Below the pieces are notes generated by a model. The model had not been told where the DNA came from. It made no database searches and saw only the letters and a program-made list of their open reading frames with translations. From positions 1 to 64,000 of IMG/VR virus record IMGVR_UViG_3300035180_001847: a DNA stretch of 64,000 nt, one strand, 5' to 3'. The DNA comes from a virus. Every line of letters starts with the position of its first letter. Positions within the stretch are counted from its first letter, which is position 1. Both the position numbers and the translations under genes were made by a program. Positions 18,499 to 27,810 of the stretch are shown here, piece by piece.

Positions 18499-20025
18499 TC
18501 ATGTTTCCAGCCAATCCATCGGTATCCAAAACGCAACAACCTTGCTTGTTCCAGCCGCAGGATAATCAAGCGGAGACCAAATCGGGCTGTAAATCGTCCA
18601 ACCGTTCGGAGTGGGATTGTATGTATTGTTTGGGTTGTGCACAGCCGAGCATTGCTGTATCAGATGCGGTGCGGTGTCGTGCGAATACTTACCCCAATCC
18701 GCCTTTCTGTAACACACCAAGCGGCCAAGCAACATGTCCGTTTTGCCAGACGAGTTCGGTAATTTGATGCTTGCCGTTTTTTGCGCGTCAATCATAACTT
18801 TCTCTCCGCCAAATAAAAGTTGTCCCCACTTCATTGTTTCCGCGGATTGCCAATCTGGAGCATCGCCAAAATACGGTCTGCCAGATGGTGCATAAAGCCA
18901 GTTCATCTTTTGGCTGACCGTCCCGTCCGATTGTGGGAACTGCAAAGACGCAAGATGATTGATGGCGGACTTGTCAAGTTTAAGGAAATAACTTACGGAA
19001 TCTGTCAACTGAATATCGCCGTTATCAAACTCATAACATAATCTGATAACCTGAAAGTTACTATCAATGGACGGCCAACCCGCAAGGTCATAAAACCCAT
19101 TAGATGTTTGTAACAGATGCGGGTCTCCCCATTTACGGACGGTATAAACTGTTTCCGTTGCCGTTGGTGTTGGTGGAGTCGGTGGGGGGAGTGTTGTTAC
19201 TGGCGCAGGTGTGAACGCATCCAACCGCGCAGTTGCGTTTGCGTCTGCGCTGGAAACGATGATTGTCGCGTCACTTGCTGGCGTGCTGAATGTGAACACG
19301 AATTTCTTATTAGTTTGAATCGGTGTTGGGGGTGGGGGTGTTGAGCCACCTTGCAGTTTCGTCGCAAGTTCGTCCGACATCCAGTTAAGGTCATTGGCCA
19401 GATACCCATTAGACCGTCCATTTTGGCTATACTGCCAAAGTGCGACATCTTCGACTGTCCATCCCGATGGAATAACAGAAGCAGGTGGGGCTGTAAAATT
19501 GGTTGGGTCTGTTGGATACCACGCCAACCACAACGGATAATTTTTCGTCCATGATGGCGGTTGCAACGCGAAGAATTTACTCGCGACGCGTGTCTTTACA
19601 AATTCCCAATAATGAACGGATGTGTAAATGAACGGAGTCTTGCCCGCGCCAGCAGCAATTCGGTCAAGCATCTCTTTGATGCTGCTTTGCCATGCAACAT
19701 TGCCATATCTGCCGCCATAATCTGCAAGCAAATCAATCTCGATATCTAGCGCACAGATATCCGCGCCACCACATTTATTCCACACACTCAAAAAAAGTGC
19801 CGCTTGTTCTGCTGCGCCTTCTGGAGCAGCAAAATGATACAAGCCAGTCTTTTTTCCTGCCGCGCGAGCTTGTTTGATAAAATTAACAGCTTGCGGGTCT
19901 TCCGCTCTTTCGTGATCCGCCGATTGACCGGACGCTTTGAAGATTGCCAAAATCACGTTGGGGTCATTGAGATTGATTGGTGCTTCGCCGGAATAGTAAT
20001 CAACCGCTCTATAAAGTGGAGTCAT
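18499..20025 (-). CDS. GH25 muramidase (endolysin-like) with P/T linker and C-terminal domain
   Basis: KASG, GLYHF, LDIE, IYTS, LWLAWY, LWQYS, DLN GH25 motifs. Confidence 0.85.
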   Translation of the reverse strand: MTPLYRAVDYYSGEAPINLNDPNVILAIFKASGQSADHERAEDPQAVNFIKQARAAGKKTGLYHFAAPEGAAEQAALFLSVWNKCGGADICALDIEIDLLADYGGRYGNVAWQSSIKEMLDRIAAGAGKTPFIYTSVHYWEFVKTRVASKFFALQPPSWTKNYPLWLAWYPTDPTNFTAPPASVIPSGWTVEDVALWQYSQNGRSNGYLANDLNWMSDELATKLQGGSTPPPPTPIQTNKKFVFTFSTPASDATIIVSSADANATARLDAFTPAPVTTLPPPTPPTPTATETVYTVRKWGDPHLLQTSNGFYDLAGWPSIDSNFQVIRLCYEFDNGDIQLTDSVSYFLKLDKSAINHLASLQFPQSDGTVSQKMNWLYAPSGRPYFGDAPDWQSAETMKWGQLLFGGEKVMIDAQKTASIKLPNSSGKTDMLLGRLVCYRKADWGKYSHDTAPHLIQQCSAVHNPNNTYNPTPNGWTIYSPIWSPLDYPAAGTSKVVAFWIPMDWLET

Positions 20026-20202
20026 TTTATTTCCTTTCTAAATTTAAATTATATGAAATATGATGAATTTTTTGAAAAATCCCCTTTATTCAAGGCAAAA
20101 AAACCCATGTTTTCACATGGGAAAAGATTATACACGATTTTGCCTATTTTGTCAATATCCAATGGCATAGTTATAATTTCATTTTATGAAAAGCTCCCAT
20201 TG

Positions 20203-20526
20203 CTATTCATGAAAATCTCCTTTTATCAACTCATTGATTTTAATTTCACGAATTTTATTCTTGATATCTGACATTTTTAATTTTTCAGCTTCTAAAAAAA
20301 CAGAAATCGCTTCTGATTCATCTTTACCAACATAAAGAGGATAAGTTAACTCAATTTCAGTATCGCCATTTCCAAACACCGAATATTCAATATCATTATT
20401 CTCACCAGACACAAACATTCTACAGGCATTGCCAGCAATATGATAATTTTCAAGTAAAAGCAGTTCCTCTATATTTTTTGGATTCTCGATCTTGTCAATT
20501 TGTACCTGCAAATTTTCTATTGTCAT
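20203..20526 (-). CDS. Hypothetical protein
   Basis: RBS AAGGAG before MTIENLQ. Confidence 0.65.
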   Translation of the reverse strand: MTIENLQVQIDKIENPKNIEELLLLENYHIAGNACRMFVSGENNDIEYSVFGNGDTEIELTYPLYVGKDESEAISVFLEAEKLKMSDIKNKIREIKINELIKGDFHE

Positions 20527-20600
20527 ATTTTCTCCTTTATATTGATTGAGTTTGCACATGCTCGGTCTTGTTTGTAACCTATCTTCCCAGAAAGTCTCAA

Positions 20601-20631
20601 CAAGCTCCCCATCAAAACTAGGGGAGCTTGC
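20601..20631. terminator. Hairpin / intrinsic terminator
   Basis: CAAGCTCCCC-loop-GGGGAGCTTG. Confidence 0.6.
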
Positions 20632-20806
20632 TAATGCTAGATAAATTTATTACAATTTTCTAAATTCTCTACGGAAAAAAATAAACAAAACCACACATGC
20701 AATAGCGGCAGCAATTTTTGCATAAATGTTATCAAAAGATAATATAGCAAACATGCTCCACCAGCCAACATTCCACATAAGAAAACCTCTCATTTGAACC
20801 TTCCTT

Positions 20807-21355
20807 TCAGCAGCGTGCTTGGACAGCAAGCCATGCATAGAATTGTTGAATTAGTGCAAACTCTTTCGGGGATAGTGTATTGCATTCCAAAGAATACCTA
20901 ACAGATAAATTTTCTTTGCCAAAAAGTTCTTCGCACTTCACACACCTATTCACCGGCATACTTGCTTTTGCGCGAAGGTCTGCGAGTTGTTCAAATGCTT
21001 CTTCTATTGCATATGGATGGGTTTCAATTATTCCCCATTTTCCATCGCGCGCCCATTCCAGGACTTCATCAATTTGCATATTACTTCCTTTCTGGAACAT
21101 CAAACGGTTTGCGTTGACCTTCGTTGATTTCCTGTGAGGCAGATTACAGGTGGGACAAACTGCTGGATTGTTAACATCAAATCCAGGAAATCTACAAGCA
21201 CATAACATGGTTTGTTGTTCATCTTGTTGAATAACTTCTTTGAGAGTGGCGATTTCACTTTCTGCCTGATGCAACTTTGCAAGCGTTACGTTTAGCGCAC
21301 CCCGACAATTGCCATGCAAAACTATTAGCTTATTCAATTCAGTTGTTGTGTTCAT
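20807..21355 (-). CDS. Two cassette-like genes fused in frame (starts 21355 and 21079)
   Basis: Both ATGs have an RBS; attC right half GGTCAAC-GCAAACC-GTTTGAT (21099-21119) lies between them inside the ORF. Confidence 0.6.
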   Translation of the reverse strand: MNTTTELNKLIVLHGNCRGALNVTLAKLHQAESEIATLKEVIQQDEQQTMLCACRFPGFDVNNPAVCPTCNLPHRKSTKVNANRLMFQKGSNMQIDEVLEWARDGKWGIIETHPYAIEEAFEQLADLRAKASMPVNRCVKCEELFGKENLSVRYSLECNTLSPKEFALIQQFYAWLAVQARC

Positions 21356-21376
21356 AAAACTCCTTTTGTAAGTTCT

Positions 21377-21515
21377 ATCCAACAAGTTGCTTTGCTGGCT
21401 GGTGGGCGATGAAAGTATCCGCTTTAGGAGCAATAAAGTCTTCGAGTGTAGATTGACTCGATGGGGGAGGAAGAATTCTAGCCCGCCACACGTCAATCTG
21501 CACGCTTTGTTAGCC
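21377..21515 (-). repeat. attC-like site (complete)
   Basis: GGCTAAC-AAAGC-GTGCAGAT...CAGCAAA-GCAACTT-GTTGGAT; upstream stop TAA in R''. Confidence 0.8.
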
Positions 21516-21770
21516 ACCTATGTGATTGGTAGCCTCGCCATTCGGATTGCGTGAGACATAGGCAATCCACTCCGCACCATCATACTGAGCAGGAAAATAA
21601 ACAAACTTCTCTGACCACGCTGTAAATGGTTTGCCATTCGTACTGCCATAGCCATTATCAAACTTCACATCAAGTTCTTCTTGTGACAGTGTGATTTTTG
21701 TGTTCTCAAATGTATCACCAGTCTCAACGAACACTTTTTCAAACATTTTGCGCCAAGTTACTTCTGACAT
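21510..21770 (-). CDS. Cassette-like conserved phage hypothetical protein
   Basis: FDNGYG...FTAW...VYFPAQYDGAEW; RBS AAGGAG. Confidence 0.75.
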   Translation of the reverse strand: MSEVTWRKMFEKVFVETGDTFENTKITLSQEELDVKFDNGYGSTNGKPFTAWSEKFVYFPAQYDGAEWIAYVSRNPNGEATNHIGG

Positions 21771-21796
21771 GATTTACTCCTTTTGAAAGATAGGTG

Positions 21797-21884
21797 GTCT
21801 AATGGTTTGCGTTAGTGACTTGCGCCGCCAACTACTTTACTTTTAAGCACGACGAGTGCAAGTACGCTGCGCGCTTCATTGTTT
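21797..21884 (-). repeat. attC-like site (complete, R'' degenerate)
   Basis: AAACAAT-GAAGC-GCGCAGCG...CACTAAC-GCAAACC-ATTAGAC. Confidence 0.72.
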
Positions 21885-22076
21885 TATATACCTACCAGCC
21901 TCAGCCTTTTGACATAAATCAATTAGATATTTATGTGCATCATCAAGACTTTTACTACTGGCAATCCACAAAGATTCTGCAATATCATCAACCCTCTGGG
22001 ACAGATTTTCATTTTTGCATTCAACAGCCATTGTGCGCTTGATGCAATCTGATATACAGGTTATTGTTGATGGCAT
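21876..22076 (-). CDS. Cassette-like hypothetical protein
   Basis: RBS AAGGA; between attC-like sites. Confidence 0.6.
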   Translation of the reverse strand: MPSTITCISDCIKRTMAVECKNENLSQRVDDIAESLWIASSKSLDDAHKYLIDLCQKAEAGRYIKQ

Positions 22077-22102
22077 GGTTTATCATTTCCTTTCACAAAG
22101 CA

Positions 22103-22125
22103 AACTAATGGTTTGCGTCACTTGC
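22103..22125 (-). repeat. attC-like right half-site
   Basis: AAGTGAC-GCAAACC-ATTAGTT. Confidence 0.6.
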
Positions 22126-22327
22126 TTTTCTTTTCAAATAAATCAACATATTCCTGAGTAGCAAGCCCATAAATATAAGCAAACCAATCGAGGGCGAGAA
22201 TAGTACCAACCACGCCCCAAACCCACCCCCCCGCATGGAATTTATCGAGCAACAAATAACAGATAAGCGAGAACTGCAAAGGCATACGAACGGGCAAATT
22301 CTTTTCTGCAATAACTTTTGTTTTCAT
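22118..22327 (-). CDS. Small membrane protein, copy 1
   Basis: Near-identical to 23127..23336. Confidence 0.7.
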   Translation of the reverse strand: MKTKVIAEKNLPVRMPLQFSLICYLLLDKFHAGGWVWGVVGTILALDWFAYIYGLATQEYVDLFEKKSK

Positions 22328-22353
22328 ATTTTTTTCTTTCCTTTCAAGAAGCA

Positions 22354-22445
22354 AATTAACGGATTGCGTCAGCTGCGTGGAACGGACGGCTCAAATTTCA
22401 AATAACGTTGGTCGCACCACATGTCAACTGCACACTTTGTTAGCC
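22354..22445 (-). repeat. attC-like site (complete), family copy 1 of 3
   Basis: GGCTAAC-AAAGT-GTGCAGTT...AGCTGAC-GCAATCC-GTTAATT. Confidence 0.8.
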
Positions 22446-22452
22446 AGCCGCA

Positions 22453-22773
22453 TTAAATATACAACTTCACGACCCAACCGATGAGCAAGACAAACAGTGG
22501 AGCAAACACAGCACGAGCAATAAGAGCCATGATGGGGTTGCTCGTTTCCTTATTTGACGATTCACTTTGCGTGTCTTGCTTTGTGAGCACGCCGACCACG
22601 AGAGCAAGGCCAATTGCCTTCGGAATAGACAAAGACGGTAAACCGAACAATGGCAAGACAAACCAACCCCAAAGGATTGATAAAACCCAGCCATTCATCA
22701 GCGCGCCTACAACCACGCTAACAACTGCGAGAACCGCGAGACCAAAATAAGAGAGACCAATATTATCTTTCAT
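22453..22773 (-). CDS. Cassette-like membrane protein
   Basis: Three hydrophobic segments, LWGWFVLPLFGLP; RBS AAGGA. Confidence 0.7.
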   Translation of the reverse strand: MKDNIGLSYFGLAVLAVVSVVVGALMNGWVLSILWGWFVLPLFGLPSLSIPKAIGLALVVGVLTKQDTQSESSNKETSNPIMALIARAVFAPLFVLLIGWVVKLYI

Positions 22774-22812
22774 AACCTTTTCCTTTCGTTTTTTAGAGCC
22801 TATGTTTAGGCT

Positions 22813-22834
22813 TGCTAATGGCTTGCGTTAACCG
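22813..22834 (-). repeat. attC-like right half-site
   Basis: GGTTAAC-GCAAGCC-ATTAGCA. Confidence 0.6.
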
Positions 22835-22911
22835 TGTTACCTTTTTGTAGAGACTGTGCCAATCAGACAAACACGCATGATAGATTGCAACAACTTCCGT
22901 TTCCGACTTAT

Positions 22912-23097
22912 CTAAATCAGACAAGTTTTTCGGAGTGGCTTCATTTTGCATTGGATATATTTCTTGACATCATCAAGGCTGCCAGAACTATCAGCACCCA
23001 ATTCATAACATTTGATATACTCAACCAACCAGTAGAAATCACCTTGCCGTTTCAGCGTAACCGTTTCGCCCAAGATATTTTGTGTGAGGATGTCCAT
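22912..23097 (-). CDS. Cassette-like hypothetical protein
   Basis: Follows attC right half 23112-23133 (AAGTAAC-GTAAACC-ATTAGAA). Confidence 0.55.
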   Translation of the reverse strand: MDILTQNILGETVTLKRQGDFYWLVEYIKCYELGADSSGSLDDVKKYIQCKMKPLRKTCLI

Positions 23098-23126
23098 TGC
23101 GCCTTCAAGCCTTCTAATGGTTTACG

Positions 23127-23336
23127 TTACTTGTTTTTCTTTTCAAATAAATCAACATACTCTTGAGTAGCAAGTCCATAAATATAAGCAAACCAATAGA
23201 GGGCGAGAATAGTACCAACCATGCCCCAAACCCACCCCCCCGCATGGAATTTATCGAGCAACAAATAACAGATAAGCGAGAACTGCAAAGGCATACGAAC
23301 GGGCAAATTCTTTTCTGCAATAACTTTTGTTTTCAT
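23127..23336 (-). CDS. Small membrane protein, copy 2
   Basis: Near-identical to 22118..22327; RBS AAGGAG. Confidence 0.7.
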   Translation of the reverse strand: MKTKVIAEKNLPVRMPLQFSLICYLLLDKFHAGGWVWGMVGTILALYWFAYIYGLATQEYVDLFEKKNK

Positions 23337-23362
23337 ATTTTCTCCTTTCCTTTCAAGAAGTA

Positions 23363-23454
23363 AATTAAAGGTTTGTGTTGGGCGCGTGGAACGAGCGGCT
23401 CGAATTTTAAATAACGCTGGTCACACCACACGTCAACTGCACGCTGTGTTAACC
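23363..23454 (-). repeat. attC-like site, family copy 2 of 3
   Basis: GGTTAAC-ACAGC-GTGCAGTT...GCCCAAC-ACAAACC-TTTAATT; shares central sequence with 22354..22445. Confidence 0.75.
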
Positions 23455-23627
23455 CGCAGCCAATAGGCAAAATGTGGAGACCATGTTTGAACCTGCCAGC
23501 AATGACGCTTGCCATTGAAGATTATGAACGCCGCAGGATGTGCCAGGTTCGCGCCGAACCAAAGATTAAAGATACCTACCCTAAAAGACCACTTGCCAGA
23601 CCAGCGAGAAAATTCTATATTTTTCAT
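23433..23627 (-). CDS. Cassette-like hypothetical protein
   Basis: RBS AAGGAG; ends VNTACS in attC; preceded by right half-site 23658-23679. Confidence 0.6.
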   Translation of the reverse strand: MKNIEFSRWSGKWSFRVGIFNLWFGANLAHPAAFIIFNGKRHCWQVQTWSPHFAYWLRVNTACS

Positions 23628-23684
23628 GTTTGCAAAACTCCTTTGTTGTAAGATGCGAGTAATGGTTTGTGTTAGTAGCCACCA

Positions 23685-23951
23685 TCATGCAATTCGCTTG
23701 TATTCATACCTACTGGAGCGCACAATAACTTGATAGATTGCGTTTTCGAGCTTGTAAACAAAACCAAATGGACGCTTGTTCATCTTGATAAATTCGCCAC
23801 CGATTTCAGCGACATACTTCTTATTCACGCCGTAATCGTTGATGTATTCGTAATCTTTTTCATCTTGCCAGCGGGAATACAGGTTCATCATAAGATTTTG
23901 CAATTTCTCAAAAAATTGTAATGCTTTTCCCTTACGTTCTTGTTCTGACAT
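23685..23951 (-). CDS. Hypothetical protein
   Basis: RBS AAGGAG; promoter TTGACA...TATAAT at ~23982-24009. Confidence 0.7.
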   Translation of the reverse strand: MSEQERKGKALQFFEKLQNLMMNLYSRWQDEKDYEYINDYGVNKKYVAEIGGEFIKMNKRPFGFVYKLENAIYQVIVRSSRYEYKRIA

Positions 23952-24033
23952 TGTTTCATCTCCTTTTGTAATCCATATATAATTATACAGATAATCTATG
24001 TATTGTCAAGGATAAAAATCGAATTGGGAAGGC

Positions 24034-24056
24034 GACTAACGGTTTCTTTACTTGCG
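24034..24056 (-). repeat. attC-like right half-site
   Basis: GCAAGTAAAGAAACC-GTTAGTC. Confidence 0.5.
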
Positions 24057-24147
24057 GATGAGCGTTAATGGCCTGTAAAATGCGATACCATCAATGGCAC
24101 TGAATAAATTACTGTCTAGTTTAATGATTGATGGCATATTTTTCATT

Positions 24148-24363
24148 TTAATATTCTATCTTTGAAATCAGCGTTCCATCGTCGTCAACTACCGCCAAAT
24201 TGAAACCTTGACCTTTAATTTTTCTTGCTAATTTTAAAAGCGTCAATCCCATTTTGACTACTTCACTTTCACTGGAATTGGTTTCATTAGCCAGTTTTTT
24301 AATAAATTCCGTAAATTCAAGAGGTAGTTTTAATTTCCCGTACTCCGATACAGACTTCAACAT
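24148..24363 (-). CDS. Ribbon-helix-helix (CopG-like) protein
   Basis: LKLPLEFTEFIKKLANETNSSESEVVKMGL pattern; RBS AAGGAG. Confidence 0.65.
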   Translation of the reverse strand: MLKSVSEYGKLKLPLEFTEFIKKLANETNSSESEVVKMGLTLLKLARKIKGQGFNLAVVDDDGTLISKIEY

Positions 24364-24714
24364 TCTATTTTCTCCTTTCTTTGTTGCCATAACCCATTCT
24401 ACATTATTTGACATGTCAACGGTTCATGCTTTGTACCATTGAAATATTTTCATCGTTCTTCTGACTGATAACACATAGATGATGTATCTATATTAAAATA
24501 TTCTGGAACATCTTCTGGAGTAATTTGTTTCATTTTATCCTCTCTTATGACAATTCGCGTCATAAATCGTGGATGTAATCATTTTTATTCTCCTTATACA
24601 ATTATTATACATCAAATTTCCAAAATTCACCAGTACTATTTGTCATAATCAAATATTACATTTGTCATATATCGTTTAGTATCGATGATGGTATTCTTAA
24701 CGCGCAAGCGGTTG

Positions 24715-24987
24715 TCATCCATCCTTCACACCATACTCAAGCACATATTTTTTAGCGACTTCTTTTGAGACATATTTATCATCCCAATCAAGGTAAATTT
24801 CACCTGGCATAAGATCAATCAATTTGCAAATGATTTCTTTTTGTTCAGGCGTGTCACGTTGCATAATCGCTGACATGGAACTACCCAATTCTTCATATTT
24901 TTCAAGCAATGCCTTACCTTCTGCACTGGTGACATTCCACGATTTAAGAGTTCCCCATTTCAAAGTAATATAATCTTGTTCTGCCAT
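24715..24987 (-). CDS. Cassette-like conserved phage hypothetical protein
   Basis: ITLKWGTLKSW; RBS AAGGAG; stop TGA in degenerate attC left half (24697-24719). Confidence 0.7.
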   Translation of the reverse strand: MAEQDYITLKWGTLKSWNVTSAEGKALLEKYEELGSSMSAIMQRDTPEQKEIICKLIDLMPGEIYLDWDDKYVSKEVAKKYVLEYGVKDG

Positions 24988-25010
24988 GTTTTCTCCTTTC
25001 ACCAAGTGGC

Positions 25011-25103
25011 GACTAGCGGCTTGCGTCAGCCGCGTGGGGACGTACGGCTCAAATTTCAAATAACGTTGGTCGCACCCCACGTCGGCCGCACGCTGTATTA
25101 GAC
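25011..25103 (-). repeat. attC-like site, family copy 3 of 3
   Basis: GTCTAAT-ACAGC-GTGCGGCC...GGCTGAC-GCAAGCC-GCTAGTC; central CGGCTCAAATTTCAAATAACGTTGGTCGCACC identical to copy 1. Confidence 0.8.
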
Positions 25104-25214
25104 CCCACCACTGGTTGCGTAACGCGGTAGGGAATATTGAGCGGGTTACTATTTTTGCAAGCGACTTATGAAAGCCCGCAACAATCATATAAAAGAACAA
25201 GTATAAAAACTGGA

Positions 25215-25517
25215 TCACAAAATAGACTCGATTTCCTCGTACACCCTTCGACTCAGATATTCCAATATGACTCCCGCTGCAGCGTGGTTTGGAGTCATAT
25301 CTTCACCAAAACAGATGATTTGCCCATTTTCATCGTGAAGTGCAGCCTCGAAGTAATTGCCTTCATCCTCTCTCGCTTTGTCGTAATAATCAACAGCAAA
25401 TGGGTCTTCTGCTTTGCGTTTTTGTGGATCGACATAGGTCAACGTGACCTTGCCGTACTTTGTCCAGATAATGACCCGATTACCATGCTTGTATTGGAAA
25501 TTGTTCATCGCATTCAT
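25215..25517 (-). CDS. Hypothetical protein
   Basis: RBS AAGGAG before MNAMNNF. Confidence 0.6.
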   Translation of the reverse strand: MNAMNNFQYKHGNRVIIWTKYGKVTLTYVDPQKRKAEDPFAVDYYDKAREDEGNYFEAALHDENGQIICFGEDMTPNHAAAGVILEYLSRRVYEEIESIL

Positions 25518-25575
25518 TTTAGACTCCTTATTGTCATTCGGTACTGAAGATAGTATTCTTGACGCGCACGCTGTG

Positions 25576-25803
25576 TTAAACCACGCCCATGCCTTCAACC
25601 GCTTCGATTGCCAAGCGACCATATTCAGCCTGCGGCATACCTTCTTGATAGCACAGCCCGCAAGCAATGGTTTCGCCATCACCAATGCGGACATCAACTT
25701 TCTCGCCATCGGTGAACTCAACTTCAACGTGATATGCGGGATTGCGGGCGTATGAGCCTGCATCATAAATTGGTTTGAATACTTCCAAAACCTTTGCGTT
25801 CAT
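25576..25803 (-). CDS. Hypothetical protein ending in attC left half
   Basis: Stop TAA in GTTTAAC-ACAGC-GTGCGCG (25563-25581); RBS AGGAG. Confidence 0.65.
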   Translation of the reverse strand: MNAKVLEVFKPIYDAGSYARNPAYHVEVEFTDGEKVDVRIGDGETIACGLCYQEGMPQAEYGRLAIEAVEGMGVV

Positions 25804-25865
25804 TTGATTCTCCTGTCCTATGTATGGTTGTAATTCAAAGAATTCTTTTTTTCATTGATATAATT

Positions 25866-25931
25866 ATTATAGCACAAAAACCACCATTTGTATGGTGATA
25901 AAAGTCATATCTTATTTATGACTTTTATCGT
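25866..25931 (-). promoter_or_regulatory. Promoter with tandem dyad operator
   Basis: TATAAT; GTGATAAAAGTCAT-9-ATGACTTTTATCGT. Confidence 0.65.
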
Positions 25932-26747
25932 TTATTCATATACATGCATCGGCGTCAATATCGCCGTTCTATTACTATCAGTGAAAATTACAGCACCGAG
26001 CTTATGAGAGAATTTGAAGGTAATAATTTCTCCCATTCCTTTAATCGCATCAAGAATAAAATTTACATTGAGATAAATTTCAAAATTTTCGCCATCTTTT
26101 GAATAATGATAGATTTTATCTTCTTTACCATATCCCTTCACCTTTTTTGTTTCTACGCTATAGGAGACCATTGACCGACCAAATTCCTCAGATTTTGAAG
26201 AAAATACAACACCATTTTCAGTTGAATCAATTTTCACGATATCAGACCCATAATGAGCCATTACACGGCACACATTTAACGCATCAATAAATGCATCACG
26301 CTCTAAGGTAAATTTTGCTTTAAAATCAACGGGAATAATCACCTTATAATCTGGACACATTGGCTCAAGCCCCAATTTTCTATTCTCGCAATATTTACAA
26401 TGACAATCGTCACTATTTTCAATAATATGCATTCTAAAACTATCACTCGCCCAATTTTTATGAGCAACTCTAATGGCCTCATGACCATTTTCATCAGCCT
26501 TTGCTAAATCAAGCCATTCAGAATTAGACATTTTCACTGGCTTAATTGGTTTCAAATCAAGATAAGCCCTCTTTGACTTGTTGGAATGCATAGAACGCCT
26601 ACGATTGGGGATAATCTGTCGAAGATATAATGACAAAGAATCTCCGCCCTTTAAATCCAGGTCATATTCTTGAACATTTAAATCATATTCTCCCAATTCT
26701 GGATTTTCAGGATAGCCCTTTTCAGCAAAATGTATAATTTTAGTCAT
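25932..26747 (-). CDS. Protein with DNA polymerase III beta-clamp C-terminal domain
   Basis: PDYKVIIP...ERDAFIDAL...FEIYLNVNFILDAIK...AILTPM resembles DnaN domain III; N-terminus unrelated. Confidence 0.72.
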   Translation of the reverse strand: MTKIIHFAEKGYPENPELGEYDLNVQEYDLDLKGGDSLSLYLRQIIPNRRRSMHSNKSKRAYLDLKPIKPVKMSNSEWLDLAKADENGHEAIRVAHKNWASDSFRMHIIENSDDCHCKYCENRKLGLEPMCPDYKVIIPVDFKAKFTLERDAFIDALNVCRVMAHYGSDIVKIDSTENGVVFSSKSEEFGRSMVSYSVETKKVKGYGKEDKIYHYSKDGENFEIYLNVNFILDAIKGMGEIITFKFSHKLGAVIFTDSNRTAILTPMHVYE

Positions 26748-26903
26748 TTCTCATTCTCCAAATCCAGAAAAAACCCAATTGATATAATTCTTATGCAAAT
26801 CCAACAAATGATTCGCGTCATGTTCATCCATTAAATCAATTCCCCACGTTTCAAGATGCCATTCTTTACAGAGTTCAGCCAATGTTTTTTCTTTTGTCAT
26901 TTA

Positions 26904-27137
26904 TCATTTTCCTTTATTAACCATTTTTTCAAATGCTTCAATAGATTCTTTTTTCGTCTTTCTCCAGCAAGCCAAGTGTATGTCATGGTCATAGGTAACA
27001 TAACCGTATGCTTTATGAAAGCCATAGAAAGCAATTTGAGGGAAGCCCCCAGTCTTAGGAGTCCATTTTTCACAGGCCTCATCATATCGTTTCATCATTA
27101 TTGATTCATACTTTTTAGATGTAACAGTTGTTTGCAT
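26904..27137 (-). CDS. Hypothetical protein
   Basis: RBS AAGGA; own promoter and operator 27170-27212. Confidence 0.6.
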   Translation of the reverse strand: MQTTVTSKKYESIMMKRYDEACEKWTPKTGGFPQIAFYGFHKAYGYVTYDHDIHLACWRKTKKESIEAFEKMVNKGK

Positions 27138-27425
27138 TTTTATTTTCCTTTATCTTTATTTATAATCAAATTATACAGCAAAAAGTAAGTTGTAGCCAGT
27201 GACAAACATCACATAAAAATCACTTTATATTATGACACAGCGCCTTCAATTTCCACAGGTCGAACCTTGCGAGATTGAAATCTTTATAGATTTTCGTTCG
27301 ACAATATGAGCGCACTGTTCACAAACCTGCTTGAGGTTAGGATTATATTTTTGCAATTCTTTCATGACCATATTTCTGACAGGATTTTTAATCAGCTGAC
27401 CACATTGACAAATCATATTTCCATC

Positions 27426-27689
27426 CTATAAAAAATGGATTCTTGCATTCTTTAAACCATTTTTAGAACGCTCTCCGATTTTAGCCTGAGATAAATCAGA
27501 TAAAAATACTAGAACTTTTCTACTAGGAACGTTAAAAGAATAAGTATAACCAGAAACATAAGCAACCTGATTATCTTGCTCTTTAACTTGTTTCTTTAAC
27601 TTGCGTTCTAGGGTTTGGGTGAGTTCTCGCTCCCCAAGATAATCCTCTCCGCCGTTCAAATAAATAATGGTTGTTCGAGTATTTTTCAT
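27426..27689 (-). CDS. Hypothetical protein
   Basis: Own promoter and tandem operator 27711-27776. Confidence 0.6.
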   Translation of the reverse strand: MKNTRTTIIYLNGGEDYLGERELTQTLERKLKKQVKEQDNQVAYVSGYTYSFNVPSRKVLVFLSDLSQAKIGERSKNGLKNARIHFL

Positions 27690-27810
27690 TTTTGTTTTTC
27701 CTTATAACTCATTATAATACTAAATAGAAAATAAAGCAATATGACATTCATCACTTTTTATTATGACAAAATCTTCATTTGCCTTCTTTACCATATTTCT
27801 GATAGTATTT

